Positions 43,670 through 54,337 of a stretch of DNA of 64,000 bases are shown here, piece after piece. The stretch lies in NCBI GenBank assembly GCA_965279375.1, contig OZ257156.1, forward strand, positions 4,448,001 through 4,512,000. The letters run 5' to 3'. The notes under the pieces were generated by a model that was not told the origin of the DNA, ran no database searches, and saw only the letters and a program-made list of their open reading frames with translations. The position numbers were made by a program, and so were the translations under genes. The DNA is from Gemmatimonas sp. (lineage in GTDB: Bacteria > Gemmatimonadota > Gemmatimonadetes > Gemmatimonadales > Gemmatimonadaceae). Every line of letters starts with the position of its first letter. Within the stretch, counting starts at the first letter, position 1.

Positions 43670-44326
43670 TCAGTTGGTGGTCGTGCTGATGCCTGCTTCG
43701 AGGGCGAAGCGCGTGAGGCCGGCGACGCTGTGAATCTCGAGCTTGCGCATCAGGCTTTCGCGGTGCGCTTCGACTGTGCGTCGGCTGATGCCCAGTTCGC
43801 CGGCGATCGCCTTGTTGGTCAGTCCACGTGCGACTCCACCCAACACGTCGCGCTCGCGTGGCGTGAGTGCTTCGAGCTGCGCGCCGGGAGTGCTTGCCGC
43901 CGACGCGTCGCCCGCAGAGAGTCGGCGTACCACCGCCGGAGAGAAGAACGTGCCCCCGGCATACACTGCGCGAATCGCCGCGCGCAGTTCTTCACCGGCG
44001 CTGTCCTTGAGGATGTAGCCGTGCGTTCCTATGCGCATGCCCTCGCGGACGTACTCCACGTGATCGTGCATGCTGAGCAACAGCACGCGCGCGGCCGGCA
44101 GCAGGTCGCGCAGTCGCGCCGCCGCACGCAGCCCAGTCTCTTCGGGCATGGTGATGTCGAGCACCACGACATCCGGTTGATGCAGGACGGCCAGCTCCAC
44201 CGCATCACGCCCGTTCGATGCTTCTGCGACCACCTCGATTCCGGGCTCGGCATCGAGCACGTGGCGAATACCCTCGCGAACGAGGGCGTGGTCATCGGCA
44301 ACGAGGACTCGGATGGAACGACTCAT
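43670..44326 (-). CDS. NarL/LuxR-family response regulator
   Basis: VADDHALVREG, VLDITMP, LTPRERDVL, TVEAHR HTH region. Confidence 0.95.
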   Translation of the reverse strand: MSRSIRVLVADDHALVREGIRHVLDAEPGIEVVAEASNGRDAVELAVLHQPDVVVLDITMPEETGLRAAARLRDLLPAARVLLLSMHDHVEYVREGMRIGTHGYILKDSAGEELRAAIRAVYAGGTFFSPAVVRRLSAGDASAASTPGAQLEALTPRERDVLGGVARGLTNKAIAGELGISRRTVEAHRESLMRKLEIHSVAGLTRFALEAGISTTTN

Positions 44327-44354
44327 GACGGACCGGAGACGAAGGCGAGGGAAA

Positions 44355-46199
44355 TCAGGACGCGTGCGCCGCAACGACCGCGGCGACCGGAATGGTGATC
44401 TGAACGTCGGCGCCGCGTTCGCTCGCCGGCCCGTTGGCTACGACAACGTTACCCCCGACTGCGAGCATGCGCTCACGCATGCCAGTCAGCCCCATGCGTC
44501 CTTCGGGCTCCTGCACGCGTCCATCGCGCGCGACGGGAAAGCCGCGACCGTCGTCGCGCACGCGCATGTGCAGCAAGCCATCGCGCACCCAGACCGTCAC
44601 CGCGATCGAGCGCGCATCGGCGTGTCGCGCGACGTTCGACAACGCTTCCTGCAGTGCGCGGAACAGCGCGAGATCGGCGTCCGCGTGCAGCGCAGGCAGC
44701 TGCGCAGGCGCCGTCAGCGTGGTACGCAGGCCACTGCGCTCGGAGAAATCACTCACGAGCGAACGGAGTGCCGGCAGTAGCCCCAGATCATCGAGCAACG
44801 ACGGACGCAAATCGCTCGTCACCTGGCGAATGCTGCGAATGCCGGTGTCCACCAGCTCGAGCAGGCGATCGAGCCGACTGGAGGCGTTGGACGGCAGCAA
44901 CGTGCGCAATCCTTCGAGCTGCATCTTCACCGCGGAGAACACCTGAGCCGTTTCGTCGTGCAGTTCGCGCGAGAGTCGCCGACGCTCGTCCTCGTGCTGA
45001 CGAACCATGCGCGTAGAGAGTGTCTCGAGCGCGGCGGTGCGTGCAGCGAGCTGTCGATCGAGCGTGGACTGTTCGAGTGCCGCACCCACTTGCTGCCCCA
45101 GCGCAAGCAGAAAATCGTCGTCGAGGGCAGTAAACGGATTGCGAATGTCACCCGCCATCACGAGCGCGCCGGCAAGCCGATTGCCCGAAGAAATGGGCAG
45201 CGCGGCCACGAAGGGTTGCTCGCCGCTGGTCGCGACAAGCTGCGGACGGCGCGTCAGGCGCATGCGCTTGAGCGCCTGGGCCACCGGCTCGAGCGGCGTG
45301 GTGTCCTGCCAGGCCACGCAGCTGCCAGCGCCTCGCACGAACCGTCCGTCGGCATCGGGCGCGGCTCCCTCCGGGCGTGCGTCTTCGTCGTCGCTGTAGT
45401 ACAGGTACATCGCGCTGCCACGCACGCCCGGCAGGGTCAGCGGCCGCGAGAGCAGCAGATCGAGCGGATCCGCCTTGGCGTCGTGGCGCTGCAGGTCACC
45501 CGACAGCGCGGTCAACGCGCGAACCCCTCGGCCGAGATCGTCGAGGACCAGCAGCACGAGTCCGGCGCCGACCAACAGTTCGAAGCAGATGTCGAGGTAG
45601 TAGCCCCACGGCGTCCACGCGCCCTGCGCGCGCAGGAAGGGGTAGTCGAGGTGGTGCAGTCCCCAGAGCGCGAACGAGAGCGCGAGCAGACGCGCGCCGG
45701 GTGAACCCACCAGCCGATGGTGTCTCCAGAAGACCCAGCCGGTCCACGCCGTCGCGCCGCTGAGAAAGAGCACCGCTGGCAACGCGGCCCACAAAAAGTG
45801 CTCGAGCTGGTAGATCGCAATGAACGACCAGAGCGGCGGGAAGAGCGCGAGCACGAGATAGATCGGCCGCGCCTTCGGCTGTCGCAAAAACACCAGCGAC
45901 GCCCAGAGCAGCACCAATGCCGTCCAACCCGTCGTCACCTGATGCCAGTAGAGCCAGATGCGATCGGTGGTCAGCAAAAAGCTCAGAATGCACAGCAGTC
46001 GCGCAACGTAGATGCCCCACGCGACCGCGAACCAGCCGAACCACGGGCGGTGATACCGCGAGTACAGATGCGCACACAGCGCCGCCAACCCGGTCGTGAT
46101 CGCGCCCTGCAACAGCGTCGCCGCCAACTCCGACGCCAGCAATGGCGACGGCAGCAGCAGCGAGGGCGGCGAGGCGAAGGAGCTCTGCAGCAAGAGCAC
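44355..46199 (-). CDS. Membrane sensor histidine kinase (HisKA_3 type) with GAF-like region
   Basis: About 7 TM segments; ERRRLSRELHDE, QEALSNVARH, DDGRGF, GLTGMRER. Confidence 0.92.
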   Translation of the reverse strand: MLLLQSSFASPPSLLLPSPLLASELAATLLQGAITTGLAALCAHLYSRYHRPWFGWFAVAWGIYVARLLCILSFLLTTDRIWLYWHQVTTGWTALVLLWASLVFLRQPKARPIYLVLALFPPLWSFIAIYQLEHFLWAALPAVLFLSGATAWTGWVFWRHHRLVGSPGARLLALSFALWGLHHLDYPFLRAQGAWTPWGYYLDICFELLVGAGLVLLVLDDLGRGVRALTALSGDLQRHDAKADPLDLLLSRPLTLPGVRGSAMYLYYSDDEDARPEGAAPDADGRFVRGAGSCVAWQDTTPLEPVAQALKRMRLTRRPQLVATSGEQPFVAALPISSGNRLAGALVMAGDIRNPFTALDDDFLLALGQQVGAALEQSTLDRQLAARTAALETLSTRMVRQHEDERRRLSRELHDETAQVFSAVKMQLEGLRTLLPSNASSRLDRLLELVDTGIRSIRQVTSDLRPSLLDDLGLLPALRSLVSDFSERSGLRTTLTAPAQLPALHADADLALFRALQEALSNVARHADARSIAVTVWVRDGLLHMRVRDDGRGFPVARDGRVQEPEGRMGLTGMRERMLAVGGNVVVANGPASERGADVQITIPVAAVVAAHAS

Positions 46200-46201
46200 G
46201 C

Positions 46202-47824
46202 CTACTCGCCCGTCGCGGGCGGTGGTGCGCCGTCACCGCTTTGCGTGACGTGATAGACCGTGCGCGACGGATACGCGATGCTCGATCCTTGCGTCGCCAC
46301 GATGTCGACGAAGTCGAGCAGCATGCGGTGGCGGATCTGCAGAAACTCGCCCCAATCGGTCGTATCGAACCACGCGAAGACCCGCATGCGAATCGCCGAA
46401 TCGGTCAACGCGACGACATGTACCCGCACAGCATCAGGCCAGACCTTCGGATGTTCTCGAATCTTCGCTTCGATTGCATCGCGTATCGCATCGACTTGCG
46501 CGGCGGTGGTGTCGTACGTGATGTCGAGATCGGTGCGCAGGAACATCCGATCGCGTTCGCCGAACGTTTCGATGCGCTCGTCGGCGAGACGACCGTTGGG
46601 AATGCGCACGACGGTGCGATCGTTCGTGCGAAAGCTTGTGGATCGCAGTCCGATCCGCTCGATCGTGCCCTCGGTGGTGCCGGCGCGCACCCAGTCGCCC
46701 ACGCGAAACGCCTTGTCTGCGGCGAGCGAGACGCTGCCGAACAGATGCTCCACGGTCTTCTGACCGGCGAGCGCCACCGCAATGCCGCCGATGCCAAGAC
46801 CGGCCAGCAGCGTGCCGACGGGATATCCAAACTGCGAGAGCGTGACGAGAATCGCGACGATCGCGAGCGTGACGCGCAGGATGTTGCCGAGCAGCGGCAC
46901 GAGGGTGCGCGCCTGCTGCGAATCGCCGCCCGCCCACACCGCATTCGCCACGCGCTCCTGCACCAGTCGCACCACGCGCAGCACGCCCCAGAACATCGAC
47001 AGCAGCACCAACCCACGCGTCGTGTCGTCCACGAAACTCGCCACGCGCGTGTTCAGGTCGATGATGCGAAGCAACGGCGTGGCGGCAACGGCGGCGACCC
47101 ACAAACGGAACGGGCCGCGCAGGTGCGTCACCAGCAGATCATCCCACTCGGTTGCCGTGCGTGACGCGAGCCGCGTCAGAATGCTGCGCAGCAATCCCCC
47201 CACCAGCCACGCCAACAGCAACAGCACCGGGATCGCCACCAGCAGCGCAATCCACTGCCAGTAGAACACGTGCCACGGACCCTCGCGCATCAATGTCGGC
47301 GGAACCCGATCGCGCACCCACGGCGATCCGAGATTCTCATACCAGCCATCGATCGCGCGCACCGTAGTTGTCGAAAACACCCAGCGCACGCCGGTGCCAG
47401 TCGTCGTGCTCACCATGCGCACCGGATCCTCGCGACCGCTCATTCCGGCGATCACGCCGATGCGGTCACCCTGTCGATCGCCGTCCGTTGTGTCACCGAC
47501 GGTCAGTGGTGACACACTGCCGACGTCCAGTGCGAGCCGTTGATCCAGCACGACTTTCAGTCGACGCGCCAGCACGGGTGCGAGCTCACGATCCGCGGAG
47601 ACGACGGCCAAATAGTCGGCCGCCACATCCCAGTCACCGGCCTTCGCCGCGCGCAGATACTCCTGCAGCGACGCACGGGGGGAACCGGCGGCGACGACTG
47701 CGGGTGACTCAGCGGCGGCCGACGGGGGCGCCGACTTCGGCAACAGCTGCGCGCCGGCGACATGAGGCAGCAGCATCGCACCCACCGCCAGCGAGAGCAG
47801 TCGCACGCGCGCCACCTGGCGCAT
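46202..47824 (-). CDS. MscS-family mechanosensitive channel with periplasmic N-domain
   Basis: LLAGLGIGGIAVALAGQ, FRVGDWV, IGLRST, IPNG; start uncertain (47824 or 47860). Confidence 0.92.
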   Translation of the reverse strand: MRQVARVRLLSLAVGAMLLPHVAGAQLLPKSAPPSAAAESPAVVAAGSPRASLQEYLRAAKAGDWDVAADYLAVVSADRELAPVLARRLKVVLDQRLALDVGSVSPLTVGDTTDGDRQGDRIGVIAGMSGREDPVRMVSTTTGTGVRWVFSTTTVRAIDGWYENLGSPWVRDRVPPTLMREGPWHVFYWQWIALLVAIPVLLLLAWLVGGLLRSILTRLASRTATEWDDLLVTHLRGPFRLWVAAVAATPLLRIIDLNTRVASFVDDTTRGLVLLSMFWGVLRVVRLVQERVANAVWAGGDSQQARTLVPLLGNILRVTLAIVAILVTLSQFGYPVGTLLAGLGIGGIAVALAGQKTVEHLFGSVSLAADKAFRVGDWVRAGTTEGTIERIGLRSTSFRTNDRTVVRIPNGRLADERIETFGERDRMFLRTDLDITYDTTAAQVDAIRDAIEAKIREHPKVWPDAVRVHVVALTDSAIRMRVFAWFDTTDWGEFLQIRHRMLLDFVDIVATQGSSIAYPSRTVYHVTQSGDGAPPPATGE

Positions 47825-47911
47825 CACGTCACGCGTCACAGCATGCGAGACTCCACGCATGGAGCCACGCGAGAGACTTTCGAGCAAATCAGAGCAGCGC
47901 ATACGCGCAAG

Positions 47912-48493
47912 CTAAGGCGTGAGGCGCTCCGACGGCACGCGCACCGCCAGCGCTGCCTCGATGTCCGCACTCAAAGACGCGGGCGTGGCGTTCGGGGCGT
48001 AGCGGCGAATCACCTTGCCGTCCCGTCCCACGAGGAACTTGGTGAAGTTCCACTTGATCGCTTCGCTGCCGAGGAGCCCGGGCGCCTGCACGCGCAGCCA
48101 CTGGAAGAGCGGGTGTGCCGACGAGCCATTCACCTCAACCTTGGCCATCATCGGAAAGCTCACGCCGTAGTTGCGCTGGCAGAACGTCGCGATCTCGGCG
48201 TTGCTGCCGGGGTCCTGCGCGCCGAATTCGTTGCTCGGAAAGCCCACCACAGCAAGCCCGCGCTCGCGGTACTCCTGCCAGAGCGCTTCGAGTCCCGCGA
48301 ACTGCGGCGTGAAGCCGCAGGCGCTCGCCGTGTTGACCACCAGCACGACCTGCCCGGCCAGCGAGGAGAGCGCCAGGCGCGCGCCATCGATCGACTCGGC
48401 GTCGAAGTCCGACAGGCTCAGCGTTTTCGGGTCGAGCGCGGGGAACGGGCGCGTTTGGTTTTGCTCAACGGGTGACGACGGGTCAACACTCAC
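47912..48493 (-). CDS. Glutathione peroxidase family protein (Cys type)
   Basis: VNTASACGFTPQ, GFPSNEFG, KWNFTKFLV. Confidence 0.94.
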   Translation of the reverse strand: MSVDPSSPVEQNQTRPFPALDPKTLSLSDFDAESIDGARLALSSLAGQVVLVVNTASACGFTPQFAGLEALWQEYRERGLAVVGFPSNEFGAQDPGSNAEIATFCQRNYGVSFPMMAKVEVNGSSAHPLFQWLRVQAPGLLGSEAIKWNFTKFLVGRDGKVIRRYAPNATPASLSADIEAALAVRVPSERLTP

Positions 48494-48681
48494 GGCAGCA
48501 GCTCGGGATCAGGTAAGTAGACTGGGAACCACTCGACGCGCGGTCAACGGTTCGCGCAGGGGATCCCGTTCCGCAAGCATGGCGTTGGACACACGACGCG
48601 ATGGTCGCCCACCCCGCTGTGCGATAAGTTGCCAACGACTGTCGCTTCCCGCCCCCACCGACCCTTCAGGAGTGTCGCCTC

Positions 48682-49911
48682 ATGCGCTTGTCCCGTCCCA
48701 TGCGCGTCCTCGGCTTCGCGCTCGGCGTTGCGCCCGCCGTTGCCTGCGCCCAGAACGGCGGCGTGGATCCGCGCCCGCCCAACGCCCCCACGCAGACGCC
48801 CGCCTTCGCTGGTCAAACCCGCGCGCCGGAGCAGAAGCTCGGCGTGGCGTTCGACGTGGTCACCGTGGCGTCGGGGCTGGATAGTCCATGGGGACTCGCG
48901 TTCCTGCCGGGCGGCAAAATGCTCGTGACGGAGCGCCCCGGCCGCATGCGCGTTGTGGCCGCAGACGGCAGCCTGTCCACAGCTGTGGCCGGCCTGCCGG
49001 CGATGGATGTGGGCGGTCAGGGCGGCCTGCTCGACGTCGTGCTGCATCCCAACTTCGCCAGCAACAAGCTGGTGTACTGGAGCTACGCCGAGGCGCAGGC
49101 GACGGGCGGAAACAACACGGCGGTCGCACGCGGTACCTTCGTGGACGGTCCGGCGCCGCGCATGGACAACGTGCAGGTGGTCTTCCACCAGGCTCCGTCG
49201 CTCGTCTCCAAGCAGCACTTCGCTGGACGACTGGTCTTCGCGCGTGACGGCAAGCTGTTCGTGACGCTCGGCGATCGTTCGATCATCGAGGGCCGCATGC
49301 AGGCGCAGCGCATGGACGGTCTGCTCGGCAAGGTCGTGCGTATCGAAGCCGACGGAAAGATTCCTGCCGACAACCCGTTCGTGGGCAAGAGCGGCGTACG
49401 TCCCGAGATCTGGTCCATCGGCCATCGCAATCCGCAGGGCGCCGCGCTCAATCCCGCGACGGGCGAACTGTGGACCGTGGAGCATGGCACGCGCGGCGGC
49501 GATGAGCTCAACATCCCGCGCAAGGGCAAGGACTACGGCTGGCCCACCATCGCCTACGGCATCGAGTACCGCGGCGAGAAGATCACCGGCGGCATCACGG
49601 CGCAGGACGGCATGGAGCAGCCGCTGTACTACTGGGACCCCGTCATCGCCCCCAGCGGCATGACCTTCTACACGGGCAACCTGTTCCCTGCTTGGAAGGG
49701 GAGCCTGTTTCTGGGCGGACTGGGAAGCACGAATCTCGTGCGTCTGAGCCTGTCGGGCGAAAAGATCACCGGCGAGGAGCGACTGCTGACCGATCTCAAG
49801 CCCGCGCGTGAGCGCATTCGCGACGTGCGTCAGGGGCCGGACGGGGCACTCTACCTGCTCACGGACAACACGGCAGGACGCATTCTCAAGCTGGTGCCGG
49901 CCAAGAAGTAA
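48682..49911 (+). CDS. PQQ-dependent soluble aldose sugar dehydrogenase (YliI-like)
   Basis: Signal peptide; [39 protein letters not shown]. Confidence 0.92.
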   Translation: MRLSRPMRVLGFALGVAPAVACAQNGGVDPRPPNAPTQTPAFAGQTRAPEQKLGVAFDVVTVASGLDSPWGLAFLPGGKMLVTERPGRMRVVAADGSLSTAVAGLPAMDVGGQGGLLDVVLHPNFASNKLVYWSYAEAQATGGNNTAVARGTFVDGPAPRMDNVQVVFHQAPSLVSKQHFAGRLVFARDGKLFVTLGDRSIIEGRMQAQRMDGLLGKVVRIEADGKIPADNPFVGKSGVRPEIWSIGHRNPQGAALNPATGELWTVEHGTRGGDELNIPRKGKDYGWPTIAYGIEYRGEKITGGITAQDGMEQPLYYWDPVIAPSGMTFYTGNLFPAWKGSLFLGGLGSTNLVRLSLSGEKITGEERLLTDLKPARERIRDVRQGPDGALYLLTDNTAGRILKLVPAKK

Positions 49912-49972
49912 GCACGGGCGCCATGGGGCACTGTGTTGCGTTGCGGCGAAGACTCAACGTGAAGCCACGCAG

Positions 49973-50045
49973 TGCCCCGACTGGGACTCGAACCCAGGAC
50001 CTACGGCTTAAAAGGCCGCTGCTCTACCAACTGAGCTATCGGAGC
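49973..50045 (-). tRNA. tRNA-Lys(TTT), CCA not encoded
   Basis: Reverse complement GCTCCGATAGCTCAGTTGGTAGAGCA-GCGGC-CTTTTAA-GCCGT...GGTTCGAGTCCCAGTCGGGGCA. Confidence 0.96.
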
Positions 50046-50076
50046 AAGCCGCGTACTTCCGCGGCCGACGGGCAAT

Positions 50077-51219
50077 CTAGCGAGGACGATGCAGCGTCAG
50101 GTAGTCGCTGATCAGCGCATCCCACACCGCGTCCCACGTCTTGGACGCTGCGAAGGCCAGCGCACGCTCCCGGGCGTGCGCGAGGCGCCCCGGTTCGTCC
50201 ACCAGGGCAACCAGTGCATCGGCGAAGGCCTGCACATTGCCGGGCTCCACGAGCCAGCCACGATCGGGCGCGAGTTGCTCGCGAGTCGGGCCCACATCCG
50301 CCCCCACCACGGGCATTCCCGATGCCATCGCCTCGAGCAACACGTTGCCGAACGTGTCGGTGGTGGACGGGAAGATGAAGACATCGCCGGACGCGTACGC
50401 CGCGCTCAATTCGTCGCCCAACAGCTTTCCCGGCAGCCAACTGCCCTCGGGGGCCAGTCGCCGCAGCTCCGCCTCGTACGGGCCATCGCCCACTGCCACA
50501 AATCGAATGCGGCCGGGCCTCGCCTCGCTCGCGATGCGCACTGCGTGCAGGGCGACGTCCAATCGCTTTTCTGCCGCCACTCGCCCCACGTACGTCACGA
50601 CCAGCGCATCGTCCGTGGCGCCAACGCGTTCGCGCAGCGCGGCCGATCGAAACCGCGGCGAGAACCGGTCCATATCAACGCCGCGAGACCAGATCGCGGT
50701 GTTGGTGAATCCCTCGGCCTTCACCTCGTCGACGATCGCTTGCGTGGGGCAGTAGGTACGCTTGCCGATGTTGTGAAACCAGCGCAGAAACAACCAGCCC
50801 GGCTGCGCCAATAGCCCCAGTCGGTAGAACGCGGCGTACGCCGTGAAGCTGGTGTGATACGACGAGACGAACGGCACCCCGAGCACGCGTGCAGCGCGGC
50901 GGCCGGACATTCCGACGCCAAACTCCGTGGCCGCGTGAAGCAGCGTGGGAGCAAACGCCGCGACGTCGGCATTCACGCGTCGTTGGGCGGGCCAAGACAG
51001 CCGCAGTTGCTTGTAGGCCCAAAACGGCACACTCGGATAACGCACCACGTCCGGCGAGGGCGCAGCGTCCGGATCATCGAGCGTGAACACGCGTGCGACG
51101 CCCCCGCGCTCCTGCACGGCGCGCACTAAGCGCTCCAGTGTGCGCGCGACACCATTCACTTGGGGCGAATACGTATCCGAGAAAATCGCGAGACGGAGTC
51201 CTCGCGCGTCAATGGGCAT
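50077..51219 (-). CDS. GT4 glycosyltransferase (glycolipid synthase-like)
   Basis: FSDTYSPQVNGVA, SSYHT, VGRVAAEK, DTFGNVLLEAMASG. Confidence 0.9.
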   Translation of the reverse strand: MPIDARGLRLAIFSDTYSPQVNGVARTLERLVRAVQERGGVARVFTLDDPDAAPSPDVVRYPSVPFWAYKQLRLSWPAQRRVNADVAAFAPTLLHAATEFGVGMSGRRAARVLGVPFVSSYHTSFTAYAAFYRLGLLAQPGWLFLRWFHNIGKRTYCPTQAIVDEVKAEGFTNTAIWSRGVDMDRFSPRFRSAALRERVGATDDALVVTYVGRVAAEKRLDVALHAVRIASEARPGRIRFVAVGDGPYEAELRRLAPEGSWLPGKLLGDELSAAYASGDVFIFPSTTDTFGNVLLEAMASGMPVVGADVGPTREQLAPDRGWLVEPGNVQAFADALVALVDEPGRLAHARERALAFAASKTWDAVWDALISDYLTLHRPR

Positions 51220-51233
51220 CAGCGGGTACGTCC

Positions 51234-51974
51234 TTAGAGCTGCGCGTAGTGAATGACGGGGCGCGCGCGAATCCAACGCGCCGTTTCCCGCGCGACAGAT
51301 GCCGCTGTTACCGGGTGCGCGAGGTCCTGTGGGTGCAGCGCGAGACGCACCAAGGGCGCCCCCCGTTGCGTGCGCCAGCGCAACTCGGCGGTCGCTCGCG
51401 ATCCCCACGCTCGCACGGTCGTGCGACCGCTCCACCGCAGCGCGGGTGCCGCGAGTCGTACATCGTTGGGATGTACACGGACACCGTCCGCATCCTCGCT
51501 CACATGCAACCCGGCGTCTCGCACCACATCGTGCGTGCCCTCGAGCGCGAGCCACGCCGGCGGAATGAAGCCGACCGGCGTCAGTCGCTGCGCCGCCAGC
51601 CGATCGAGTCCGCGCGCGATGCGCAGCTGGGCCGCCTCGTACGACAGTGTGAGAAACTCCCCTTCCTTGGCCGTACGTCCAACGGCGCGCAGCTCATCCC
51701 GCCACGACCGCGGTGAGCCGATCTCGTCGTGCCGCTCTCCGTGCAGAAACACCTCGGCACCTTCCGACGCGCACGAGCGCACCCACGCCATGAACTCGGG
51801 TGCGCGCTCGATTGGCCACTCACCATGCCACTCGGGCACCACGAGCAGCGCTGGCGTCACACCGTGCTGCCGGCACATCGCCCACAGCGCGCGCACGGGC
51901 GTCTCGAGTGCGGGTGTCACGTCATGAATCGACACCAGCAACCCTTCACGCAGCGGAATCGCGTGCGCGGTCAC
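51234..51974 (-). CDS. DUF2334/polysaccharide deacetylase-like protein
   Basis: VSIHDVTP, LHGERH, EGEF, GFIPPAW, RLALHP. Confidence 0.85.
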   Translation of the reverse strand: MTAHAIPLREGLLVSIHDVTPALETPVRALWAMCRQHGVTPALLVVPEWHGEWPIERAPEFMAWVRSCASEGAEVFLHGERHDEIGSPRSWRDELRAVGRTAKEGEFLTLSYEAAQLRIARGLDRLAAQRLTPVGFIPPAWLALEGTHDVVRDAGLHVSEDADGVRVHPNDVRLAAPALRWSGRTTVRAWGSRATAELRWRTQRGAPLVRLALHPQDLAHPVTAASVARETARWIRARPVIHYAQL

Positions 51975-53248
51975 CGCCGCGCGAGGACATCGCGGTAGAC
52001 GGCGAACAGCCGATCAAACACCGTGTCCCACGAGTGCTCACGTTCCGCGTAGAAGCGACCAAGGCGTCCGAGCGCGGCGACGTCCTCGCTCAGGAGCGCA
52101 ATCGCCTCCGCCGCCAACGATTCGGATTCCCCCGCCTCGAAAGTGCGTCCCGCGCCGCTCCCCGCGACCTGTTCGGACACGCCGCCTTGATTGGCGGAGA
52201 GGACCGGCGTTCCACTCGCCAGCGCCTCGAGCGACGACAGCCCAAACGTCTCGATGCGCCCCGGAGCGATGTAGATGTCGAATGCCGCCAGCATATCGGC
52301 CAGCGCTTCGCGATCCGACTCGAAAGGGAGGAACGTGACCCGTGACGAGTACGGGTGTGCCCGCAGCATGCGCTCCTGGGGGCCTGTCCCGACGAGCACC
52401 AACCGCGCCCCAGTGCGACGCTCGACCTCCGCCCACGCGTTCATCACCACGTCGAGTTCCTTCTCGCTGGCGAAACGCCCCACAAAGCCCGCCAAGAGTC
52501 CATCGGGCATGCCGTGCAGACGACGCGTCTCGGTCGCGCGCGCGCGTCGCAGCGGAGTGAAGCGCTCGAGGTCGACGCCAAGCGGTACCTTCGCGATACG
52601 CGTGATGCCTTCGTTCGCGAGATCGTTGGCCGAGAATGACGACGTGACAACCGTGATCGGGAACAGGCGATCGAGGCGACGCATGTAGTGCCACGAGGCG
52701 CGGTAGATCGCCTTGCGCGCCGAGCCGTTGTGACCGGCTCTTGGCGCAAACATGCGCGGCAGATTGGTGTGGTAGAAGCAGATCAGCGGAACATCCAACC
52801 CCTTTGTCGCGTGTCGCACGATCCAGGGCACGATGAACGGGCTGCCGATCTCGATGATATCTGGACGCTCGTGTCGGACAATTTTCGCGACACTGCGCGT
52901 GGCGAGCATGAAACGGTACGGCTTCTGGCTCGGAATCGGCGGCCCCTGCAGCCGATACATGCGTACGCCGTCTTCTTCGGTGATCGCGTCGCGCGATCCA
53001 GGCACCGTGAGCACGTGGCGCAGCCAAGGCCGTGCGGCGACGTACTGCGCCTTCTGCAGCAGGTAGGTGCGAATGCCTCCGCTGGTACTGCCGAACCACT
53101 CCGTGATGTCAAGGACGCCGAGCGAGGCCTCGGGACGGAGGGTGGGAGGAAGACGGTCGTGCCCGATGTCGATGGCCGGGAGCGACTCTTCAGGTTGAAC
53201 CAGATGGTCTACGAACGCTTGCGTTGGGTGCATGGCATCGGAAGCCAT
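51971..53248 (-). CDS. GT4 glycosyltransferase
   Basis: SGGIRTYL, FYHTNLP, VGRFASEK, ETFGLSSLEALASG. Confidence 0.9.
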   Translation of the reverse strand: MASDAMHPTQAFVDHLVQPEESLPAIDIGHDRLPPTLRPEASLGVLDITEWFGSTSGGIRTYLLQKAQYVAARPWLRHVLTVPGSRDAITEEDGVRMYRLQGPPIPSQKPYRFMLATRSVAKIVRHERPDIIEIGSPFIVPWIVRHATKGLDVPLICFYHTNLPRMFAPRAGHNGSARKAIYRASWHYMRRLDRLFPITVVTSSFSANDLANEGITRIAKVPLGVDLERFTPLRRARATETRRLHGMPDGLLAGFVGRFASEKELDVVMNAWAEVERRTGARLVLVGTGPQERMLRAHPYSSRVTFLPFESDREALADMLAAFDIYIAPGRIETFGLSSLEALASGTPVLSANQGGVSEQVAGSGAGRTFEAGESESLAAEAIALLSEDVAALGRLGRFYAEREHSWDTVFDRLFAVYRDVLARR

Positions 53249-53351
53249 CCGACCTCATGCGCGTGCGGATGGAACGCGCGAGATATCGGATAGCACGGTC
53301 AGCGAAATCGGACCCGAAAGGAACGTGTCCGGAATATTACACTGACCATAC

Positions 53352-53390
53352 CGCAAAGTGGCCGCTCCCTGAAGGAGTGACCACTTTGCG
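53352..53390. terminator. Strong hairpin downstream of the OmpA-family gene
   Basis: CGCAAAGTGG...CTCC-ctgaa-GGAG...CCACTTTGCG; no clear U-tract. Confidence 0.5.
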
Positions 53391-53438
53391 ACATCGAGAA
53401 CCACTACTTCGGCACAGTCTGTGCGCGTGAGCGCACTT

Positions 53439-54098
53439 TCAGCGCATGGACAGCGCGGCGACCGTGTTCTCCGGTGCGGTCTCCACCACGAACGTCACGC
53501 GGCGATTGAGCTCTGCGCCCGGATCGTTCCGTTCGGCGCCCGGCCGCACGAGGCGCGACTTGCCGTAGCCCACGGAGCGAATGCGGCTGGCGTCGATCCC
53601 CTTCGACACGAGATACTCACGCACCGCTTCGGCGCGCGCACGGGACAGCTGCAAGTTGTAGTTCACGCCGCCCGCGGGATCGGCGAATCCTTCCACCGTG
53701 ATGGTGGACCCCTTGTAGTGCGCGCCGGCAACCTGCGCGAACTTGGCGAGTGCCGCTTCGTCCTGCGACCGCACGGCGGACGCGTCGAACTCGAAGTGCA
53801 CGGGCATCGCGAACGTCACCTGCCCTTCCATCGCGGTGATGCGCGTGCCGAACTCGGTACGCAGCGTTCCCAGATCGGCGCGCAGCGCGGTGAGCTCGTT
53901 GCGCAGCTCGGTGCGCACGGCATTCACATCGGCACGATTCGCACTGTCGCCCATCATCCGCTCGCCGCGCTCGTTGCCCAACGCAACGCGCTGCTCGTCC
54001 AGTCCACGGCGCACGAATCCCTTCGTCGCGCACGCGCCGAGTGTGCTGACGGCCATGATGGTGATCACCGCGCGCGTCGCAAATCGAGTGTTGTGCAT
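53439..54098 (-). CDS. OmpA-family peptidoglycan-associated lipoprotein with coiled coil
   Basis: Lipobox LGAC; VHFEFD, EGFAD, NLQLSRARA, NRRVTF. Confidence 0.92.
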   Translation of the reverse strand: MHNTRFATRAVITIMAVSTLGACATKGFVRRGLDEQRVALGNERGERMMGDSANRADVNAVRTELRNELTALRADLGTLRTEFGTRITAMEGQVTFAMPVHFEFDASAVRSQDEAALAKFAQVAGAHYKGSTITVEGFADPAGGVNYNLQLSRARAEAVREYLVSKGIDASRIRSVGYGKSRLVRPGAERNDPGAELNRRVTFVVETAPENTVAALSMR

Positions 54099-54240
54099 GA
54101 GTTCCCCTTCGTCGTTGGTGTAGTCGAACAATCTCCGCCGCACGAAGAACCGTCGTGCACTCTGCTATCGCAGAGTTGCAGAACATGCTCCGTGCAGGAA
54201 GCGATCCACACCGGCAAACTGCGCACGCACCAGATGTGGC

Positions 54241-54300
54241 GTCGTGACTGCAGTCACGACACAAACACAAATTTCTCGAATGGCGTGACTGCAATCACGC
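54241..54300. promoter_or_regulatory. Tandem palindromic operators upstream of the OmpA-family gene
   Basis: Perfect 20-bp palindrome GTCGTGACTGCAGTCACGAC and GCGTGACTGCAATCACGC; centres 41 bp apart. Confidence 0.65.
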
Positions 54301-54337
54301 GAGAAGAATTTTCGCGCAATGACACAGATGACGTCGA

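Noticed and set aside
47912..48493. Possible selenocysteine in the glutathione peroxidase
   Set aside because: The catalytic position is a TGC (Cys) codon; there is no in-frame TGA.
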